A DNA stretch of 64,000 nucleotides from an uncultured Alphaproteobacteria bacterium (GCA_963767805.1 CAVYFP010000019.1:136039-200038), one strand, 5' to 3'; shown: positions 12,983-25,439, counted from the stretch's first letter. The notes: a model not told the origin generated them from the sequence alone. Program-made: numbers and translations.

Positions 12983-13210
12983 CTGATCCCTTTTAACTCT
13001 TCGCGCGGCGGCGCGAACACAGTATTTTAGCTTGCTCGATAGTCAACGAGCCGGGCCGATAGTCAACTTGGTTGATATGCAAGAAATGCGTCTTTGCACG
13101 TCGCGCGCTCCCGCGTCCGTCACAATCAGTGCGGTTTGGCGCTTTTTCATGGCTCCTTTGAACAGCTTAAGCTCTCGGAAAAATGATGGCTGAGGCGTTT
13201 CCGCCGCAGG

Positions 13211-13789
13211 ATGGGATCACGGGCGACGGCGCGCGCACTTGCAAAACGCGCCGCGGCGGGGCCTGCGCCGGTCGAGCAGTGGAATCCCCCCTTCTGCGGC
13301 GACATCGACATGCGCATCGCGCGCGACGGCGCCTGGTTCTATCGGGGGACGCCCATTCTCCGCCCGGCGATGGTGCGGCTGTTCGCGTCGATCCTGCGCA
13401 AAGACCCCGAGCGCTACGTTCTCGTGACGCCGGTCGAGCGCGTCGGCATCATTGTCGAGGACGCCCCTTTCGTCGCCGTCGAGATGCTGCTTGAGGGCGC
13501 GGGAGCCTCGCAAGTCCTGCGTTTTCGCACCAATGTCGATGATTGGGTCAGCGTCGACGCGGCGCACCCGCTGCGCTTCGAGACGGACGCCACCGGCGGG
13601 GTCAAACCCTATGTGCGCGTGCGCGGCGGGCTCTGGGCGCTGGCCACGCCTGCGCGCGCGATAGACCTCATTGCGCTTTGCGAAATGAGGGCGCATGAGG
13701 GCGCGGAAAGCTTTGGCGTCGCCTCGGCCGGCGCGTTTTTTCCGCTGGCCGATGCGCAGGAACTCGCCGCGATAGAGGCAGGCCTTTGA
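13211..13789 (+). CDS. DUF1285 family protein
   Basis: WNPPFCGDIDMRIARDGAWFY and FRTNVDD motifs. The true start may be 13183/13186 if there is an early frameshift. Confidence 0.85.
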   Translation: MGSRATARALAKRAAAGPAPVEQWNPPFCGDIDMRIARDGAWFYRGTPILRPAMVRLFASILRKDPERYVLVTPVERVGIIVEDAPFVAVEMLLEGAGASQVLRFRTNVDDWVSVDAAHPLRFETDATGGVKPYVRVRGGLWALATPARAIDLIALCEMRAHEGAESFGVASAGAFFPLADAQELAAIEAGL

Positions 13790-14484
13790 GCGCTTCCCCG
13801 GATGACGGCCGGAACCAGGGCCCAGCCGCACGTGAACATGAAGATGCGCGTTTTGCGCCCGCGCGCGTGTTCCCTCATATCCGGAGCCGGCTCAGCTTCG
13901 CGCTCGATCCGGCGCCCGCCGCGCTTCTGCTCAGCGATCCGGTCATCGACTCGGAGGACGAAGGCGCGACGGTTTTTCCGCCCGCTACCGGAACCCGCGC
14001 CGCCGCCGTGCTCGTCGGCCTCGTCGCGCATCAGGGCGGCGTCAGCGTTCTGCTGACCGAGCGCGCCGCGTCCTTGCGCCTGCACGCCGGCCAGATCGCC
14101 TTTCCGGGCGGCAAGATCGAGCCCCATGACGAGACGCCCGCCGCCGCCGCGCTGCGCGAGGCGCAGGAGGAGATCGGCCTTGCGCCCGCGCGTGTGGAGC
14201 CGCTTGGCTATCTCGATCCTTACGTCACCGGCACCGGCTTTCGCGTCATCCCCGTCGTCGCCCGGATCGAGCCGCCCTTTTCGCTGCGCCTGCATCCGGG
14301 CGAAGTCGCCGACGCTTTCGAGGCGCCCTTCTCGTTTCTGATGGACGCCTCCAACCACAGCTTCGACTCCCGCACATTCGACGGCCAGCTGCGGCGATTC
14401 TATGCGATGCCCTATGGCGATCGCTATATCTGGGGCGCCACCGCCGGCATTCTGCGCAAGCTCTACGAAAGGCTCTATTCCTGA
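13786..14484 (+). CDS. CoA pyrophosphatase (Nudix, NudL-like)
   Basis: LLTERA..LR.HAGQIAFPGGK, AALREAQEEIG Nudix box, IWGATAGIL. Confidence 0.92.
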   Translation: MSASPDDGRNQGPAAREHEDARFAPARVFPHIRSRLSFALDPAPAALLLSDPVIDSEDEGATVFPPATGTRAAAVLVGLVAHQGGVSVLLTERAASLRLHAGQIAFPGGKIEPHDETPAAAALREAQEEIGLAPARVEPLGYLDPYVTGTGFRVIPVVARIEPPFSLRLHPGEVADAFEAPFSFLMDASNHSFDSRTFDGQLRRFYAMPYGDRYIWGATAGILRKLYERLYS

Positions 14485-14744
14485 TGTTGCGCGCAATCCT
14501 CGAACCCGCGCTTCTCTTCGGGTCTCCCTTCGCGGCCTATGTGATCTATCTCGCGCTGCGCCGCAAATATCCGTTCGAGATCGAGCATTGGAGCCACAGC
14601 GCCGTCTCGACGCTGGCGCTGGCGGGCCTCGCCATCGCCGTCTTCGGCGTCTTCGCCATCGGCCTTTTCGCCCCGCGCGGTCGAGGCGCCTATATCCCGG
14701 CCCATGTCGAGAACGGCCAGATCGTGCCGGGACGAATCCAGTGA
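14484..14744 (+). CDS. Small membrane protein (DUF6111-like)
   Basis: Two hydrophobic segments, C-terminal YIPAHVENGQIVPG; translationally coupled between the Nudix gene and cca. Confidence 0.75.
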   Translation: MLRAILEPALLFGSPFAAYVIYLALRRKYPFEIEHWSHSAVSTLALAGLAIAVFGVFAIGLFAPRGRGAYIPAHVENGQIVPGRIQ

Positions 14745-15978
14745 GCGATGAGATTGCGCTCAAACGATTGCTGGACAATCCGGCGCTGCGGCGCGTCATC
14801 GCCGCCATCGATCGGGACGGCGAGGAAACCCGCATCGTCGGCGGCGCCGTGCGCGACGCGCTGGCGGGGCGCCCGTCAAGGAAATCGATCTTGCGACGAC
14901 GGCGACGCCAGAACTTGTGCTGGCGCGCGCGGAGGCGGCCGGCATCCGGGCGATTCCGACCGGCATCGCGCATGGCACCATCACCCTCCTCGCCGATGGC
15001 GAAGCCTTCGAGGCGACGAGCCTGCGCGAGGACGTCGACACTGACGGACGCCATGCGCAGGTTCGCTTCGGCCGCGATTTTTCCGCCGACGCGCTGCGCC
15101 GGGACTTCACCATCAACGCGCTCTTTCTTGGCAAGGATGGCCGGATTTTCGATTATGTCGGCGGCCGCGACGATCTGGCGGCCGGACGCGTGCGCTTCAT
15201 CGGCGAGGCCGCGCGGCGCATCCGCGAGGATTATCTGCGCATCCTGCGCTTCTTCCGCTTTTCCGCCGATTTCAGCGCGGGACCGCTCGACGCCGAGGGG
15301 CTCCTCGCCGCCATGCGCGAGCGCGCGGGGCTCGCGCGGCTGTCGCGCGAGCGGGTGCGGGCGGAGCTTTTGAAGCTGCTCGTCGCGCGCCGCGCCGCCG
15401 ACGCCGCGCAGGCGATGACCGACGCCGGCCTGCTCGGCCCCCTCCTCGCCTCAGCCCCCAATCCGGCCCGGCTGCGGACGCTGACGAAAATCGAGGATGC
15501 GGCCGCGCGCGATCCCTTGCTGCGCCTCGCCGCACTCTGTCTCGATCTGCCTGAGGATGCCGAGCGCCTCGGCGAGCGCCTGCGCCTCTCCAACGCCGAG
15601 CGCCAGCGCCTTGCCCGGGCGGCGAACCCGCTGATCGCGCTGCATGGCGCGCAAAGCGCGCCGCCGCCAGACGAGCTGCGCCGCCTGCTCTTCCTCCATG
15701 GCCGCGAAGCCGCGACGGATGCGTTGCTGCTGACGTTGATCCGCGCGCCGCACCCCGCGCAATGGGCAGACGCGCTCACATTCCTGCGCGCGGTGGCGGA
15801 GCCGCGACTGCCCTTCTCGGGCGACGATCTCATTGCGCGCGGCGTTCCCGCCGGACGCGCCATCGGCGCAGCGCTGGAAAGCCTCAGGCAGCGCTGGATC
15901 GGCGCCGGCTTTCCCGACGATCCCGGCCAGTTGGCGCGGCTGCTCGACGAGGTCGCGCCGGCCGCCCCGCGCCATTAA
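14741..15978 (+). CDS. cca: CCA tRNA nucleotidyltransferase, frameshifted near 14873
   Basis: VGGAVRDAL followed by (shifted) KEIDLATT, DALRRDFTINAL, EDYLRILRFFRF, LSRERVRAEL; one C missing from a C-run restores the frame. Confidence 0.9.
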
Positions 15979-16094
15979 CCGCTTCGGCAATCTTCCGTGC
16001 GGCGCGCGCTCTCTATTGAATAAAAAGTGAACTCAAGGCTTTGGCGGGCCGTTCAACGCGCTATGATGCCGCGACGCCCTTCAGGAGATGCGCC

Positions 16095-16358
16095 GTGAGC
16101 GCAGGGGACAACAAGCCTTCGGACATCGCGCGGCGGCTCGCGCGGCGCGCGCGTTCGCAGGCCGAGGACGATCCCAGGCGCCAGGGCGGCTGGCGACGCG
16201 AAACCTTCACGCTGCCGCGCGCGGAAGCCCGCGACAAGGCGCGCGAATGGTTCGCGCGCTTCCCCAAGGCGGCCTATATGACCGAGATCGAATCCTGGCG
16301 CGAACTCGAAGACGACCGCATCGAATTCACCATGCGGCGCCTGCCGACCGCGGATTGA
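16095..16358 (+). CDS. Conserved hypothetical protein
   Basis: GGAG RBS plus GTG; compact ORF ending RETFTLPR..AR..A..WF..FPKAAYMTEIESWR...IEFTMRRLPTAD, resembling a small Rhizobiales family. Confidence 0.75.
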   Translation: MSAGDNKPSDIARRLARRARSQAEDDPRRQGGWRRETFTLPRAEARDKAREWFARFPKAAYMTEIESWRELEDDRIEFTMRRLPTAD

Positions 16359-16486
16359 GGCTGGAACCCGCCGGCCGCTTCAACAGCTATCCTCTGGACA
16401 TTCCTCCGGTCCCATCGGCGAAATCCGAAGCTTCAACTTCTGCCTCGCCGGACAGGACCGCAGGGACGATACCTGCGAAGTTGTGT

Positions 16487-18193
16487 CTAGAACGGATACC
16501 AGCGCAGGCTCGCCAGCGCCATATTGTCGTCGGCTTTCGCCCCGCCGCCGATGCCCTGGAACGAAAATTTCTGCGTGTAGGCATATTGCACGCCGGCCCG
16601 CAGCTGTCCGAACGATCCCTGGTAAATCTTGTCCCAAAGTCCGGCCGTGATCTGTCGAACCAGATGGATGTTGCCGTTGCAGACGGTTGAACCCGGAATC
16701 GAGCATCCCGCGTTGGAATAGAGCGGATTGCCGAGGCCGAATGCGTTGGCGGTTCCGTTGGCCCAAGTCGTCGAATAGGATGCCGACTGGATTTCTTCGC
16801 CCCCGTAAACATAGAGGTCGAGGTTCGGCATGGCGTGCCAGGTCAGGCCCGCAAGAAGCATCGTTTCAGGAATAGGCTTGACCTGACCGTTCCAGTTGAA
16901 CGTCACGTCAGGCAGCTGCGCCGTGCCGTAGCGGCCGATTCCCCTGCCGGTGAAGCCCGAGAATTGCGCTTCCAGCGTCTTTGGAATCAGCGAGACGAGG
17001 GCTGAGCCGCCGCCGCCGCCGCCGGCCACGTCCTGATTGCTGTTGTTGATCTGACTATAGAAATCCCGGAAGATGCCAAAGCCTTCGAGGTGAATGTCGT
17101 GACCCGCGAGGCTCGTGTCATAGGCGAGTTTTCCTATGATATCCGGCATATGATTAATGGATGTGGCGTTCAGCGAATTGAACAGCGAACCGCCAACTGG
17201 CGTGACATTGTAGACAAGCGTGCTCGGCAGCGTCGCCACGGTCGTGCCGACCGTGGTGTAGCCGCCGAATGTCGTCTGCGGGTTTTCCGCCGATATGCCG
17301 GCCGAAAATCCGTTGCCGAAATCCTTGACGAGGCGCAGTTGAGCCTGGCGCGCCCAGGCGAAGCCCGGCACATATTGGTGATCGATCGCGAGCGGAATGT
17401 TTTCCTGACGCGCCACGATGCCCTTTGTGTTCATGGTCAGGAGCGACCACGCCTGGCCGGCAAGGAGATGCGCGCCGAAATCATCCTGATCGATCGTCGC
17501 ATAGAGCTGGCGCATGCGCAGGTTGAAGGAATTGCTCTCGTTCGAATTGGCGGTCTGGGCGGCTCCAAGGAAGTCTGCCTCAAGATAGCCAGCAAGATGC
17601 GTCGACGGGCTCACGTCGCCTTTGACGAGCAGAATGCCGCGGCTCGAACGCCCGGAAAACCGGAACTCGTTGGCGCTTCCGGTGCGTATGTTGCCATAGG
17701 GGATGTTCTGCCAGGGCGTTGACACATCCGCGCCGATCAAGCGGCTGCGGAACACGCTCTCGAGCGCAAAGAAGCCGCCGGGCGTGATGCTGACGCCATT
17801 GATGTAGAGGCTCGGCGCGCCGGCGACGGGCAAGCCGCGGACCGCCGATTGAACGCCGGTAAGACCTGTCGGCGCCGCGCCGCCGAGAGGGGCGACGGCG
17901 ATGCCGCTCGGAAGTCCGCCCAGGGACGCCTGTTGCGGCGCCGGCCGCGATGCGACGGCGTGAATCTGGACCTGCGTTTCCTTCTGTTTTTTGGCCTGCG
18001 CCTCGACTTTCGCCTCAAGCTGTTTCAACTGGGCTTTGAGGAGCTGGATTTCCTCCTGGGTCGAGTCCGCCAGCGCGGGCGCCGTTCCGGCCGGCCACGC
18101 AGCGAGCGAGGTGAGAACCAGGAGCGCAAGCGCGCTGGTTTCCGGAGCAAGGCCGCCTCGTTTGCGCGCCGCCCGTCGCGAATAGAACTTCAT
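16487..18193 (-). CDS. Putative outer-membrane beta-barrel porin with periplasmic coiled coil
   Basis: Signal peptide, coiled coil (EEIQLLKAQLKQLEAKVE), amphipathic beta-strand pattern, C-terminal aromatic signature (LRWYPF). Confidence 0.75.
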   Translation of the reverse strand: MKFYSRRAARKRGGLAPETSALALLVLTSLAAWPAGTAPALADSTQEEIQLLKAQLKQLEAKVEAQAKKQKETQVQIHAVASRPAPQQASLGGLPSGIAVAPLGGAAPTGLTGVQSAVRGLPVAGAPSLYINGVSITPGGFFALESVFRSRLIGADVSTPWQNIPYGNIRTGSANEFRFSGRSSRGILLVKGDVSPSTHLAGYLEADFLGAAQTANSNESNSFNLRMRQLYATIDQDDFGAHLLAGQAWSLLTMNTKGIVARQENIPLAIDHQYVPGFAWARQAQLRLVKDFGNGFSAGISAENPQTTFGGYTTVGTTVATLPSTLVYNVTPVGGSLFNSLNATSINHMPDIIGKLAYDTSLAGHDIHLEGFGIFRDFYSQINNSNQDVAGGGGGGSALVSLIPKTLEAQFSGFTGRGIGRYGTAQLPDVTFNWNGQVKPIPETMLLAGLTWHAMPNLDLYVYGGEEIQSASYSTTWANGTANAFGLGNPLYSNAGCSIPGSTVCNGNIHLVRQITAGLWDKIYQGSFGQLRAGVQYAYTQKFSFQGIGGGAKADDNMALASLRWYPF

Positions 18194-18626
18194 CGATGCC
18201 TCCTGTTGGTCCGGGCGATGCGCCCAGCCATTCGAAGGCTCGGTGTAATGTTTGCAACTTATTGGTTCAGTGACAAAAACGACCTTGTTTTGTAATGTAG
18301 AATCTCATCGGCGACAACAATCGCGTCGCGACGGTGGTCAAGCCGGGTAGACAAGTGATTTTCGTGGCTGGCGGAATGTGAATTCAGCACCGGACCAACA
18401 GGCGATCTGGGCCTGAGCTTTGAGCCGCGCCGCTCCTTATGAAAAACCGTGGAGCCAGACAATGGCCCTCGCGACACGCATGGATTTCACCATGCGGCGC
18501 CTGCAAAGCACCGATTGAACGGCGACCCGGGCCGGCCGCGCCAAATCCCGGATGCTGGAATTAAGGCTTGAGCATCGCCAGCAAAAGCGCTACTTTCCAA
18601 AAAGAACAAAACAGGAACATAATACG

Positions 18627-19016
18627 ATGCGCTTGGGCTATGTGATCGTCTATGTGCCGGACGTTCCGGCGGCGGTGGAATTCTATGAACGCGCGTTCGG
18701 GCTCGTCAGGCGTTTTCTTCACCCAAGCGGGCAATATGCCGAGATGGAGACAGGGGCCACGGCGCTCGCCTTTGCGGAAGAGAAACTCGTCCTGGAAACA
18801 TGTCGCGGCTTTCGGGCGAACCGTCCGGCGGAACAACCGGCCGGCGCCGAGATCGCCTTTGTGGCCGACGACGTGAAGGCGGCTTACGAAAAGGCCCTCG
18901 CGGCCGGAGCCGCCGGCTTCGTCGCGCCTCGTGAAAAGCCGTGGGGCCAGACCGTGGCCTATGTTCGCGATCCGCATGGATTTCTTGTCGAATTATGCAG
19001 CGCCATCGGAGACTGA
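18627..19016 (+). CDS. VOC (glyoxalase/bleomycin resistance) family protein
   Basis: LGYVIVYVPDV..AVEFYERAFG, KPWGQTVAYVRDPHGFLVELC. Confidence 0.9.
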   Translation: MRLGYVIVYVPDVPAAVEFYERAFGLVRRFLHPSGQYAEMETGATALAFAEEKLVLETCRGFRANRPAEQPAGAEIAFVADDVKAAYEKALAAGAAGFVAPREKPWGQTVAYVRDPHGFLVELCSAIGD

Positions 19017-19052
19017 CCGCCCCGCGCTTAACGTCGCCGCATCCCGCGCGCT

Positions 19053-19803
19053 CTATGCGAGATGCTGTCCGGCATCCACCGCGATCATCTGTCCCGTCAC
19101 ATTTCGCGCGCCGGCGAGATAGAGCACGGCGTCGGCGATGTCGTCAGCGACTGACCGCGCGCCCGAGCGGCAGCCCCTGAACCTCGCGCAGAAAACCCGC
19201 CTCGCCCTCGTTCGCGTTGGGAAACACGGGTCCCGGCCCGACGGCATTGACCCGAACGCCCCGCGGCGCGAATTCCTGCGCCATGGTCCGGGTCGCCGTC
19301 CACAGCGCGGCCTTGGCGAGCGTATATGTAAAATACGCCGGGGTGAGGCGCAGCACGCGCTGATCGACGATATTGACGATCGAGGCGCCCTCCGGCGCCT
19401 GCCGCGACGAAGTCGCGCGCAGAGGATGGCGGGCGCGCGCAAATTCACGGCGATATGCCGATCGAAACCCTCGACATCGAAATCGCGCGCCGAGTCTTGG
19501 CTCGAACGCCGAGGCGTTATTGACGAGAAGCGTCAGCGGCCCGAACGGCGCGCCGGCTTTCGCGATGAGGGCGCCTGTCGCCGCCGCATCCGCGAGATCG
19601 AGGCTGAGAGCCGCCGCCCTTCCCCCGCCCGCCCGCAGGCGCAGGGCGGCGCGTTCGGCCTCCTCCAGCGAGGCCGGCCCGCAATGCACGACGACGGCGT
19701 AGCCAGCGCCTGCGAGGCGCTCCGCGATTCGCAAGCCGATCCGCCGTCCGCCGCCCGTGACCAGCGCAACGGGCGAGATCCCGGAATTCGTTCGGTCGGT
19801 CAT
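19053..19803 (-). CDS. Short-chain dehydrogenase, pteridine reductase/FolM-like; three frameshifts
   Basis: ALVTGGGRRIG, LVNNAS, VNIVDQRV, YTLAKAAL, VRVNAVGPG and VTGQMIAVDAGQHL distributed over three frames. Confidence 0.8.
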
Positions 19804-19927
19804 GCTTCACAGATGCTTCGTAATGGCGGCTGCATAAATAAGTTCTCTCCGGGGCTGGCTCGTTCGGCGTCGTCAAGACGACGTCGCCCCGAAGCGGGCT
19901 TTATCGACTTCCGGTTCATTCGAGGAC

Positions 19928-20146
19928 ATGCCGATGCGCGCCGTCAGTTTCCGCAGGTCATTCGCAAAGGCGATAAGCTATCGCGTCGTGATCATGACTC
20001 TCGATTTCGCAACGATTTACATATTTACCGGCGCGATAAAGGTCGCAGCGGGATTTATGATCGTCAGCAACATTTATACCTCGATCGCGTATCTCGTGCA
20101 CGAAAGGCTCTGGGCGAAAATCCAGTGGGGGGTCGGCGAAAAGTGA
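19928..20146 (+). CDS. DUF2061 family small membrane protein
   Basis: RSFAKAISYR...YLVHERLWAKIQWG pattern. Confidence 0.8.
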   Translation: MPMRAVSFRRSFAKAISYRVVIMTLDFATIYIFTGAIKVAAGFMIVSNIYTSIAYLVHERLWAKIQWGVGEK

Positions 20147-20305
20147 CGCGATCCGCGATCCATTAGCCGTCCGCACCGCACGCCGCGCGGGCTTCGCAAG
20201 GGTCCCTCGCGCATTCTCTTCGTCCGATCGGTCAGACATTCCCCGCCCCTCGGGAAGATTGCCGCCCGCGCCCCTCCATTCGGCCTTCCGCCGCAAGAGG
20301 CCAGC

Positions 20306-20334
20306 CTTGACAGTTATCGGGGTCTTGCCTATGT
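20306..20334 (+). promoter_or_regulatory. Heat-shock/sigma70-type promoter of groESL
   Basis: CTTGAC (-35) ... CCTATGT (-10) directly upstream of the CIRCE; resembles the alphaproteobacterial RpoH consensus. Confidence 0.6.
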
Positions 20335-20345
20335 ACAGGCGGCTC

Positions 20346-20372
20346 TTGGCACTCACATGATGAGAGTGCTAA
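20346..20372. promoter_or_regulatory. CIRCE element (HrcA operator)
   Basis: TTGGCACTC-N9-GAGTGCTAA, one mismatch to TTAGCACTC-N9-GAGTGCTAA, upstream of groES. Confidence 0.93.
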
Positions 20373-20459
20373 CAGAGTTCCGTTTTCAAACCTGCCGCCG
20401 TTTTAAGAGGCGTCCCCGCGCGGAACAAGCGTCTCGAACGGCCTTTGAAGGAATAAGTC

Positions 20460-20747
20460 ATGAGCTTTCGTCCTTTGCACGACCGCGTCGTGGTCAGACG
20501 TCTCGAGGGTGAGGAAAAGACCAAGGGCGGGATCATCATCCCCGATACCGCCAAGGAGAAGCCGCAGGAAGGCGAAATCATCGCTGTCGGCCCGGGCGGA
20601 CGCGACGACAGCGGCAAGCTCACGCCTCTCGACGTGAAGGCCGGCGACAAGGTTCTGTTCGGCAAGTGGTCGGGCACCGAGGTCAAGATCGACGGGCAGG
20701 ACCTGTTGATCATGAAAGAAAGCGACATTCTCGGCATCGTCGCCTGA
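20460..20747 (+). CDS. groES: Co-chaperonin GroES
   Basis: [37 protein letters not shown]. Confidence 0.98.
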   Translation: MSFRPLHDRVVVRRLEGEEKTKGGIIIPDTAKEKPQEGEIIAVGPGGRDDSGKLTPLDVKAGDKVLFGKWSGTEVKIDGQDLLIMKESDILGIVA

Positions 20748-20764
20748 TCTGCCAATTCTCATAA

Positions 20765-22441
<1,677 letters not shown>

Positions 22442-22475
22442 TCGAAATCCGCCCTTGCTTCGCAGAAAGCATCGG

Positions 22476-22505
22476 AGCCCCGGAGAAATCCGGGGCTTTT
22501 CTTTT
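22476..22505 (+). terminator. Intrinsic terminator after groEL
   Basis: AGCCCCGGA-GAAA-TCCGGGGCT followed by TTTCTTTT. Confidence 0.9.
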
Positions 22506-22631
22506 GCGCCGCGCAGTGCGCGAGGCGATAATTGGCCTTATTGGGCCAGAAAGCGTCCTCCCTGCTTTCCAACGGCTCGAAATATGCTCTAAGCTCTTTC
22601 CGAAATATAATAGCAGCGGGGGACACCAGAG

Positions 22632-22991
22632 GTGCGACAAGCGTCGGAGCCGCAACCGGATGCGGCCGTTACCCGCAGGACTGCGACGCGCGCGGCGCTT
22701 CTCGATGCGGTCTACGCCTCCTGTCCCGAGCTGTCCCGCGCCCAGGCGAGAAGCATTTTCGAAATGGCGCTGGAGGAAATCGCAGCGACGCTGGTCCGCG
22801 GCGAGTGCGTCAAGCTGCGCTCCTTCGGACTGTTTTCGGTCCGCTCCAAACGCGAACGGATCGGCCGCAACCCGCGCACCGGCGTCGAAGCGCCGATCAA
22901 ATCGCGCCGCGTCCTCACCTTTAAGCCCTCGCCCGTCCTCTCCGCCTGCGTCAACGGGGCCGTTCCGCCGGAAGATTCATCCGCTGACTGA
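22632..22991 (+). CDS. Integration host factor alpha-like (HU/IHF family) paralogue
   Basis: VKLRSFGLFSVRSKRERIGRNPRTG...RRVLTFKPS; divergent N-terminus; not in the pheT-ihfA context. Confidence 0.85.
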   Translation: MRQASEPQPDAAVTRRTATRAALLDAVYASCPELSRAQARSIFEMALEEIAATLVRGECVKLRSFGLFSVRSKRERIGRNPRTGVEAPIKSRRVLTFKPSPVLSACVNGAVPPEDSSAD

Positions 22992-23301
22992 GGCGGCGCG
23001 GCGCAGCCCGAGGCGTGACGCCCCGCGAGCGCAAGACCCCGCCCGAAAGGCCGCCTCGGCGCCGCGTTTTTCAAAATCATTACAGAGTTTTAAGATGAGA
23101 TCGGGCGCCGAACCCTGTAGCGCTCGAAGGCTGGCGCGGCGGCGGTCTCGCCGGGCGGCGCTGTAACTCGATCTCGGGGCGCGGGCGCCGCACGGCGAAG
23201 CAAAAGCTTTGTTGATTTCACGCCGCACGGAATTTCGCGCATCCTCAACCCAAGCCTCGAAAAACGCGCTGCGTTGAGGCGCCCGACAGATAAGGCAAGC
23301 C

Positions 23302-25404
23302 ATGCATGTTCTCGCCGCCGTCGTCGCCATTTTCTCCGTAATCACCGCCGTCATCGGCGTGAAACACGGCGACGGGATCATCCTGCTTCTCGCCGCGACC
23401 GGGCTGCTGTGCGCCTACACCACCTGGCAGACGCCGAAAATCTCCAGCTTCCTGCGGATTTTCGCGGCGATCTTCGCGATCGAGACGGTCGTCTTCGGCG
23501 TCGTCTTCCTGATCGCGCAGGTCGGCCTCTGGCCTGAATCGCTGCAGGATTACGCCTTGCCGGAAAGCCTGCCGCTCACCGTCGCGATCTTCGCCATTCT
23601 CGTCTATGCGACCTCCTTCGTCCCGGTGGTGCGCCAGATGACGCGCATCGGCGATCGCTATTTCAATTTCGCAGGCCCGACCACGGCGCGCATCTGGCCC
23701 TTCCCGTCCTTCAGCGTCGGCGAGCGCACCCTCGCCATCGCCATGGTCGTCTTCCTCGTCGTCGTCAATCAGGCGCAGGTCGGCATGCAGCTCAGGCTGT
23801 CATTCTTCTCGCGCGACTGGTTCAACGCCATCCAGAACAAGGACCAGGCGACGTTCTGGTCGCAGCTCTTCGCCGTCTTCATCCCATGGGCGTTCATCTA
23901 TATCTGCTCGGCGATCCTCGAATTCGTCATCGCCTCGACCCTCATCATCCGCTGGCGGCGCTGGCTGACCGAGGATTTCGCCGGCCGCTGGCTCGATCGC
24001 CACACCCATTACCGGATGTCGCTCGGCGGCGGCGCCGATAACCCTGACCAGCGCATCTCCGAGGACGTCAACCGCTTCATCAACGGCGGCGAAACCGGCG
24101 GATATGGCATCTACAGCTTCTCGATCCTCCTCATCTCGACTTTGAGTTCGCTGGTCTCCTTCTCGATCCTGCTGTGGCTGCTCTCCGCGAACTTCACCCT
24201 GCCCTATACGACGATCGCCTTCCCGGGCTTTCTGTTCTGGGTCGCGCTGATCTACGCCGGAATCGGCACCTGGATCACGCATCTCATCGGACGCTCGCTG
24301 GTTCAGCTCTCCTTCACGCGGCAGCGGTACGAGGCGGACTTCCGCTTCTCGCTGGCGCGGCTGCGCGAATATGCCGAACAGGTCGCGCTGCTCAAGGGCG
24401 AGACTTCGGAAAAGCATTCGCTGCGCGAGCGCTTCGCCGCGATCATCGGCAATTACTTCCAGATCGTCGCCGTTCGTAAAAACCTGATCGGCTTCACCTC
24501 GTTCTACGGCCAGCTCAGCCCGATCATTCCCTATATCGTCGCGGCGCCATTCTATTTCGCCGGCAAGATCACCCTCGGCGTGATGACGCAGACCGCGCGC
24601 GCATTCAGCAGCGTCAATGAGGCGCTGACCTTCTTCGTGAACTATTACGTCTCGCTCGCCGACTTCAAAGCCGTGCTCGATCGCCTCACCTCATTCGATT
24701 CCGCGATCGAGTCGGCGGACGCGCCCAAGGGGCTGGCGGCGCCCGCCGCGCCCGGCGCCGGCGAGCATATCGGCCTCGACGCCGTAACCCTGCGCCTGCC
24801 GGACGGACGCGTCATCGTGCGCGACGCGACGGTGCGCCTCGCCCCGCAGGAATCGACGCTGCTGACGGGCCCCTCCGGCTCGGGAAAATCGACCCTGCTG
24901 CGCGCCATCTCCGGCATCTGGCCCTTTGGCGAGGGCGCCGTCTCGACGCCGCCCGGCGCCAAGGTGATGCTGCTGCCACAAAAACCCTATATCCCCATCG
25001 GAACCCTCCTCGCCGCCGTGACCTATCCGGCGGCGGCGGACAGCTACAGCGAAGAGACCGTGCGCGACGCCCTCGTGTCGGCGCATCTGCCTGAATTGCT
25101 CGACCAGCTCCATGTCGTCGACAATTGGGGACAGCGGCTTTCGGGCGGCGAACAGCAGCGCCTCGCCGTCGCCCGCGCGCTGCTCGCCAAACCCGACTGG
25201 CTGTTCCTCGACGAGGCGACGGCGGCGATGGACGAGACCATGGAATCGAACATCTACGAGGTCCTTTTCAGGGAGCTTCGCAAAACGACGATCGTCTCCA
25301 TCGGGCATCGCTCGAGCCTGCTTGACATCCATCAGCGACACATCGAGCTGCAGCCGCAAGGCGAGGAAGGATCGCGGATCGGGGAAAAGACGGTCGTCGC
25401 CTGA
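23302..25404 (+). CDS. Fused ABC transporter permease/ATPase (YddA/BacA-like ABC_membrane_2 type)
   Basis: WRRWLT, DNPDQRISED, EADFRFSL, GPSGSGKS, LSGGEQQRL, FLDEATAA. Confidence 0.92.
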   Translation: MHVLAAVVAIFSVITAVIGVKHGDGIILLLAATGLLCAYTTWQTPKISSFLRIFAAIFAIETVVFGVVFLIAQVGLWPESLQDYALPESLPLTVAIFAILVYATSFVPVVRQMTRIGDRYFNFAGPTTARIWPFPSFSVGERTLAIAMVVFLVVVNQAQVGMQLRLSFFSRDWFNAIQNKDQATFWSQLFAVFIPWAFIYICSAILEFVIASTLIIRWRRWLTEDFAGRWLDRHTHYRMSLGGGADNPDQRISEDVNRFINGGETGGYGIYSFSILLISTLSSLVSFSILLWLLSANFTLPYTTIAFPGFLFWVALIYAGIGTWITHLIGRSLVQLSFTRQRYEADFRFSLARLREYAEQVALLKGETSEKHSLRERFAAIIGNYFQIVAVRKNLIGFTSFYGQLSPIIPYIVAAPFYFAGKITLGVMTQTARAFSSVNEALTFFVNYYVSLADFKAVLDRLTSFDSAIESADAPKGLAAPAAPGAGEHIGLDAVTLRLPDGRVIVRDATVRLAPQESTLLTGPSGSGKSTLLRAISGIWPFGEGAVSTPPGAKVMLLPQKPYIPIGTLLAAVTYPAAADSYSEETVRDALVSAHLPELLDQLHVVDNWGQRLSGGEQQRLAVARALLAKPDWLFLDEATAAMDETMESNIYEVLFRELRKTTIVSIGHRSSLLDIHQRHIELQPQGEEGSRIGEKTVVA

Positions 25405-25439
25405 GAGGCGCGCCGCAATGGCGATGAAAGGAGCTACAG

